Origin: Candidatus Magasanikbacteria bacterium UBA922
GTDB taxonomy: Bacteria > Patescibacteriota > Patescibacteriia > Magasanikbacterales > UBA922
Direction: 5' to 3'
DNA: 64,000 bases
Assembly: GCA_002293825.1 (NCBI GenBank)
Contig: DBDW01000011.1
Coordinates: 9,436 to 73,435 of the forward strand
The stretch's first letter is position 1, and the number at the start of each line of letters is the position of its first letter. The notes beneath the pieces are model-generated. The model searched no databases. It worked only from the letters and a program-made list of their open reading frames with translations, and was not told where the DNA came from. Shown here one piece after another: positions 60,101-64,000 of this stretch. Both the position numbers and the translations under genes were made by a program.

Positions 60101-60494
60101 TATTTGCCACATCACGAACCATGACCCACCCCAATCGCACCACACTCACGTCAATATAATTATTGTACGATGCCAAGGTGATAAAAAATCGCAAGAAAAA
60201 AATCGCAAGAAAAATACACAATTTTGCCAATTCCAAAAGAATACTCGCCAAAATACGCCCGACCCATCCAAACACAGTCGTAAAATCAATCGCCGCAAAC
60301 ACCAAAGTTACCGACACAATACTAATCAAAAAAATACCTACCAGAAAAACCGGCCACCACGTCCGTTTTTTGAGTACATTCGGAAATAATTTGTCGTACG
60401 CTTGACGCACACCGCTCACAAACGATGCAAAAAAGCGTTGCATGTGATGATAATTAGAATACTTGAGACCTAGTATACCACAAAACAAAAACAC
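57111..60494 (-). CDS. VirB6/TrbL-like polytopic membrane protein with ~700-aa coiled-coil-rich C-terminal extension
   Basis: The N-terminal ~430 aa has at least 8 TM helices in TrbL/VirB6-like arrangement. The C-terminal part is K/E-rich with predicted coiled coils. Confidence 0.55.
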   Translation of the reverse strand: MFLFCGILGLKYSNYHHMQRFFASFVSGVRQAYDKLFPNVLKKRTWWPVFLVGIFLISIVSVTLVFAAIDFTTVFGWVGRILASILLELAKLCIFLAIFFLRFFITLASYNNYIDVSVVRLGWVMVRDVANMFFIVGLLVIAFATILGLEGYEWKRGLVKIVLMAILINFSNLIAQLVIDVAHIFTITFLNPVSATAGGNLINLFQFDKILGLVSGDALGTTPENASLALFAASVMSFLFALLAAVTIGAYLVTMIARIVVLWALIILSPLAFMLYALPKGEDYAREWWSEFTKHVIVAPIMVFFLWLAFATFGTGQIISEIQSGPNVIKIDATGENAQFQQSVSILEITTWENMASFLLGIAFLWVGIKKTQDTGATGSGLIGGAVDFTKKVATIATGYAAGRWLVGKGVEVGGAYGKLAASKTGLLAVKDYFGREKLRRDAALKKVDYLRDMKARAVTAKGGGFAGLFAPDAKTRAMATEKTEMIEKQKETAFNRQRIDARVQISGEQRQKFDKNLENILIKNIDPKEAEKIKNISDPELRLEELSKKFNVDKLREFQEQAAESTPFVATHLDQMSFKEIENKLKGDEDKFFGIMNLGYVMKETREFEEALEKANEELVQNTVLELVAIQKLSQQLGKTENEIRKGNYQDQIQAKKKEIKEMDYGYDYEKKEFKTKYAQKNFEKFINDNREEAIKNIDEKQRVNVMADVIANNPQWLKIQAQTSIKSAEQKTKKAESEEKNIGLKISDILRGLQGKEMDEIRNMERAKISEELKELEGISYEEIFELFQRNLKDIRELTDKQKNGETLSDQEKDFLKNRSQSQARVVASIQQRGYHHSMVGALRSFNQSIGDTSYDEIIDDEDGAGKLLLGALTARSATELKTPEDASRVQEEYRKNLKEKAGILFRTIQKGVQDSAEQKGNIHLFHQFAEGRNEFGAKVVGAAVAMKNGVGTKGVLGTGKKEDGVQMIKSDVKDYMEPNFDILSAADGREYTNITASGVTIKQRAKGQIATIARIRSADGIKKMGTPKLRYLLGAREYGESGLYDETSNSFHKVPPDFKEEWKPVFSEWKKISDPQNQDESPAVKANVLSAWKELYTQFGFPPEKIGALSHRELVDIARKSGML

Positions 60495-60512
60495 ACGCTA
60501 TCAAAGGTGTGA

Positions 60513-60536
60513 GTCATTCCCGCGAAAGCGGGAATC
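60513..60536. repeat. 24-bp terminal inverted repeat, left copy (GTCATTCCCGCGAAAGCGGGAATC; itself a hairpin)
   Basis: Exact reverse-complement copy at 60752-60775. Confidence 0.7.
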
Positions 60537-60541
60537 CTCAT

Positions 60542-60737
60542 TTAAGAAGCACGGTCCAGCCAATTTGGATTTTCCTTTTCAATAAGCGAAATTTTCCACG
60601 TTCGATTCCATTTCTTCAGCTGTTTCTCTCGAAAAATACTTATGTTCAGTAACTCGCCGCTGTAAATCATTAGTCATACCAATATACAAAACACCATTTT
60701 TTCTACTTGCCAATATATAAACATAAAAATATCTCAT
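60542..60737 (-). pseudogene. degenerate GIY-YIG nuclease gene (frameshifted, internally deleted)
   Basis: Manual translation gives MRYFYVYILASRKNGVLYIGMTNDLQRRVTEHKYFSRETAEEMESNVENFAY*. After a -1 shift it reads LIEKENPNWLDRAS*. This is a GIY-YIG core plus the family C-terminal tail, but it lacks the central ~20 aa. Confidence 0.6.
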
Positions 60738-60751
60738 ACCCCTCCAAATTA

Positions 60752-60775
60752 GATTCCCGCTTTCGCGGGAATGAC
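60752..60775. repeat. 24-bp terminal inverted repeat, right copy (GATTCCCGCTTTCGCGGGAATGAC)
   Basis: Reverse complement of 60513-60536. Confidence 0.7.
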
Positions 60776-60778
60776 ATA

Positions 60779-61768
60779 TTAAGATAGTTTTTTGATTTTC
60801 ACGACAAAAAATCCTTCAATCTGTGGTGTAGGAAGAATTCGCAAAGCGTGCGTCCGCACATCATCACGAAATGTAAGCGCTTTAAAAGCATGTACGATGG
60901 GTGCGCGTGGAATGTCTAACACAATCGGCTCGACCGACGCATCGGGAGTACGATCGAGAAATTTTTGTACCTGTACTTCATTTTCTTCAGGAGCAAATGT
61001 ACAGGTAGAATACACGAGCACTCCACCTGGACGGAGCATGTGCCATGCAGCTCGAAGCAAAATTCGCTGTGTATAGGCCATTTCCTTGATTTTTCGCTCG
61101 CTCCAATACCCGAAACTCTTGGGATCAGTGGTGTCAAACCGAGCTTCAGCACTACACGGAGCATCGAGCAAGATTTTATCAAAATAATCAGTATATTCAC
61201 GAGACAATTGGGCTCCATGCTCCATCCGAAGTGTGAACTGCCATTCGGGAGACTCATCAGTTACTCCCAAAAGCTCCATATTATGCTTGAGTTTGAAAAA
61301 ACGTATCTTGTTCTTATCATTGGCCACAAGTTCACCGTGTCTACCCATCAACGCAGTAATCTGACTCGTCTTACTACCTGGCGCCGCAGTAAGATCCAAT
61401 ACCCGATCTCCTGATTTCGGCTCAAGCACAAGCGGAGGTACCATACTCGCAAGACTCTGGATATATATCTTCCCCTCTGCATAGATGTGACACTCAGTAA
61501 GTTCACGCTTGCTTTTGTTCAACAAAACATACGCATCGGGATACCATGCGATTTTTTGCACTTTGAATCCATGTGAGGATAAAAATGGAATAACCTCAGT
61601 AGACGAAGCCTTTAATCGATTTATCCGAAAAGTGGTAGGGCGACCCACAAATGTCTTCTCAATCTCACGAAACCGAGATAGACCAAACAATGCAGTCATT
61701 CGTTCGACAAACTTCTCAGGCAATTCTTTCCTCACTCCATGACTATGTTTCTTCTTTTTCTTCGCCAT
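60779..61768 (-). CDS. rRNA m5C methyltransferase, RsmB/RsmF (NOL1/NOP2/Sun) family
   Basis: SAM-binding motif VLDLTAAPGSKTSQI. Catalytic region CTFAPEENE. Basic N-terminus. Confidence 0.8.
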   Translation of the reverse strand: MAKKKKKHSHGVRKELPEKFVERMTALFGLSRFREIEKTFVGRPTTFRINRLKASSTEVIPFLSSHGFKVQKIAWYPDAYVLLNKSKRELTECHIYAEGKIYIQSLASMVPPLVLEPKSGDRVLDLTAAPGSKTSQITALMGRHGELVANDKNKIRFFKLKHNMELLGVTDESPEWQFTLRMEHGAQLSREYTDYFDKILLDAPCSAEARFDTTDPKSFGYWSERKIKEMAYTQRILLRAAWHMLRPGGVLVYSTCTFAPEENEVQVQKFLDRTPDASVEPIVLDIPRAPIVHAFKALTFRDDVRTHALRILPTPQIEGFFVVKIKKLS

Positions 61769-61769
61769 A

Positions 61770-63062
61770 TTATGGTCGTACTCTATTCACCAATCGAGGA
61801 AATGGAATACACTCACGAATATGCTCAACCCCGGTCATCCACCGTACCATACGCTCGACTCCAATCCCAAATCCTGAATGTGGTACACTGCCATATTTCC
61901 GAAGATCCATGTACCATGAATACTCTTCAGGTGAAAGTCCTTCTTCACGAATACGCTCGAGCAGTAGGTCAAAATTATCTTCACGCTGTGACCCACCAAT
62001 AATTTCTCCCGACCCTTCGATTCCAATCAAATCATTATTCAGGACACGTGTGGGATCGGTGGGATCCAATTTCATATAAAACGGCTTAATGGTTTTCGGC
62101 CATTTATGGATAAACACGGGTACTGGACTGTCTTTGGTCAGAAGCGCCTCATCATCATTTCCCAAATCTTCACCCAGCTCAATATCACTTCCCCGTTCAC
62201 GAAGCCATGGAATCGCCTCTTCATAGGTAAGTTTCACAAATGGAAGTTCCACCATTTTTTTCAAAGGTTCACTATCACGCTCGAGAATTGCAAATTCTTC
62301 AGTACATTTTTCAATACATGCAGACGCAATATATTTCACCAATCCTTCCTGGATCCGCATATTCTCTTCATGTTCTACAAACGCAGCTTCGGCATCCATC
62401 ATCCAGAATTCAGTCAAATGTCGCTTAGTCACTGATTTTTCTGCACGAAATACGGGTCCAAAATCATAACATCTACCCACACTTGCAATTGCAGCCTCGA
62501 TATAGAGTTGTCCTGATTGTGACAAATACGCTTCACCAAGATCAAAGTATGGAACAGGAAACAAAGTGGTTGTCCCTTCGACAGAATTAGGTGTAAATAC
62601 TGGAGAATCGGTACGAATAAATTTTTGTTGATGTAAATATTCATTGATAGCAGTCTCGACCACATCACGAACACGCAAAATAGCCCATTGACGCTTACTT
62701 CGAAGCCACAAATGTCGATTCTCAAGGAGAAATTCAGGGCCATGCTCCTTGTGTGCAATCGGATATTCGACCGCCTGATGAATCAAGACCACATGAGTTA
62801 CTGAAATTTCAAAGACACCAGCCTTCTTAGGATGTTCTTTAGGAATTCCAGTAATCGCAACAGATGATTCCTGTCCTGCCCGAGTAATGGCATTCCACGC
62901 ATCATCGCTCAACTCTTGTTTTGAGGCAACACATTGGATAAAACCACTACCATCACGGATCTCTACAAATGCCAAAGAACCGCTCGATCGAGTATTGTAT
63001 ACCCACCCTTTAATTTCAACAGTCTGCCCAATATGCTGTCTAATATCTGAAATAAAAACCAT
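61770..63062 (-). CDS. asnS: asparaginyl-tRNA synthetase (class IIb)
   Basis: FRAEKSVTKRHLTEFWMMDAEAAF contains the AsnRS-specific EFWM signature. N-terminal OB fold. 430 aa. Confidence 0.75.
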   Translation of the reverse strand: MVFISDIRQHIGQTVEIKGWVYNTRSSGSLAFVEIRDGSGFIQCVASKQELSDDAWNAITRAGQESSVAITGIPKEHPKKAGVFEISVTHVVLIHQAVEYPIAHKEHGPEFLLENRHLWLRSKRQWAILRVRDVVETAINEYLHQQKFIRTDSPVFTPNSVEGTTTLFPVPYFDLGEAYLSQSGQLYIEAAIASVGRCYDFGPVFRAEKSVTKRHLTEFWMMDAEAAFVEHEENMRIQEGLVKYIASACIEKCTEEFAILERDSEPLKKMVELPFVKLTYEEAIPWLRERGSDIELGEDLGNDDEALLTKDSPVPVFIHKWPKTIKPFYMKLDPTDPTRVLNNDLIGIEGSGEIIGGSQREDNFDLLLERIREEGLSPEEYSWYMDLRKYGSVPHSGFGIGVERMVRWMTGVEHIRECIPFPRLVNRVRP

Positions 63063-63214
63063 ACAAAATAAGTTTCTAATTATTCCAATTGAACTAAGAA
63101 AATTCTAAAATGTTAGAATCATGTAGTCAAATTAGAATACACAGAAACCATGTGTACACACACCTAGACACACTACCCTATTTCACCCATCTCCGCAAGT
63201 TCCAAACAGGGCAA

Positions 63215-63949
63215 TTATGCAGGAACACACGTATGTGTCCAATTACCAATATCCACAGGGGCGTGATACTGTATATGCCCCCAGATGAGCTGATGAACCG
63301 CTGGACTCAGCGCATCTATCCGAGCAAGTTCGTGAGGCAATGCATATTCCAAGCGATACATATCATCAAGCACGTGTGACGAAATTCGATACACACTTCC
63401 CCGCTCACAATACTGAGACTCCACACATCCTCGACATACCACACCTCCCTGCGCAAATGACCAGAAACCGAGACCTTCTGATCGAGCACACCCTACACAT
63501 ACCCGATATCGTGGAGGAAAACCCAATTCACGTACGAGACTTAGCATCAGCCAATCCAAAAATCGTGTATCACAAGGCACACATTCTCGATCGAGAATAT
63601 CTAACCATGAAGCGAGCACATCGAATATTCCATGTTCTACAGTACCTGGTAATGTAAGCGCGTGTACTGCATGCGCTGCAAAACCTGCATGCAAACTCTT
63701 CGCATAATCATGCCGAAGCGAAGAAAATGACGTAATCAATCGAGCAGTACGGAGAAGCATCATCTCTTTTCCATGCGCAATTTCAAACCATACCAACGAA
63801 CATGGTTCGAGATGAGCAGACAATTTACTGGTGATTTTTTTTACCCCACGCGCACGCACATCTATACGTCCATACTCACGCGTAATGATAGAGATGAGCT
63901 CATCATGTTCCCGAAAATCACGACGTGCAAGAATAATACCTTCGGGCAT
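63215..63949 (-). CDS. recO: DNA repair protein RecO
   Basis: N-terminal OB fold (REYGRIDVRARG) and C-terminal CxxC...CxxC zinc finger (CVGCARSEG...CRGC). Confidence 0.85.
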   Translation of the reverse strand: MPEGIILARRDFREHDELISIITREYGRIDVRARGVKKITSKLSAHLEPCSLVWFEIAHGKEMMLLRTARLITSFSSLRHDYAKSLHAGFAAHAVHALTLPGTVEHGIFDVLASWLDILDRECVPCDTRFLDWLMLSLVRELGFPPRYRVCVGCARSEGLGFWSFAQGGVVCRGCVESQYCERGSVYRISSHVLDDMYRLEYALPHELARIDALSPAVHQLIWGHIQYHAPVDIGNWTHTCVPA

Positions 63950-64000
63950 ACACGGTAATGTAGAAAATAAAAAAACTAGTCTGTTGCACTCAGATACTGC

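Noticed and set aside
1-64000. CRISPR arrays, integrase, recombinase or transposase genes
   Set aside because: No regularly spaced short direct repeats were seen. No tyrosine or serine recombinase or transposase-like protein appears in the six-frame track. The only mobile-type proteins are the two GIY-YIG genes.
63950-64000. Possible gene fragment at the right edge
   Set aside because: Only 50 nt remain after the recO start codon, which is too short to call anything.

Overview
This is a 64 kb window from a low-GC genome (about 38-40% GC). It is a compact, mostly minus-strand run of housekeeping genes. These include rplJ-rplL, tsaB, tsaD, dnaE, htrA, nrdR, ftsZ, ftsA, ybeY, dgkA, rpsU-yqeY, hisS, lepB, rpsP plus a KH protein, smc, clpP, asnS, recO, rsmB and ribE-ribH, together with 6 tRNAs. 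The gene content and the very large surface proteins fit a small-genome Patescibacteria/CPR-like organism, but this is an inference and not a database result.

The accessory content is the interesting part:
- A single 65%-GC family-2 glycosyltransferase cassette sits beside the rplJ promoter. It has its own consensus sigma70 promoter, a Shine-Dalgarno and two terminators.
- The tRNA-Glu locus has integration scars on both sides. A 13-bp copy of the tRNA 3' end lies 1.1 kb away. A GIY-YIG nuclease gene is preceded by a 37-bp duplicate of the tRNA 5' part.
- A second, degenerate GIY-YIG gene is bounded by perfect 24-bp inverted hairpin repeats.
- A roughly 16 kb co-directional block encodes secreted proteins. 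Two of them are giant (746 and 2726 aa) and share an N-terminal module of two transmembrane helices that resembles a T4SS pilin (VirB2/TrbC-like).
- A minimal Gram-positive-type T4SS-like cluster is present (VirB3-, VirB4-, VirB6- and possibly VirB8-like). Its VirB4 is split into two ORFs, and the cluster directly abuts the competence gene comFC. This suggests a ComB-like DNA-uptake or contact apparatus.
- Three tRNA-Ser genes lie in tandem. One has an unusual ACU anticodon loop.

No CRISPR array, integrase or transposase was seen.
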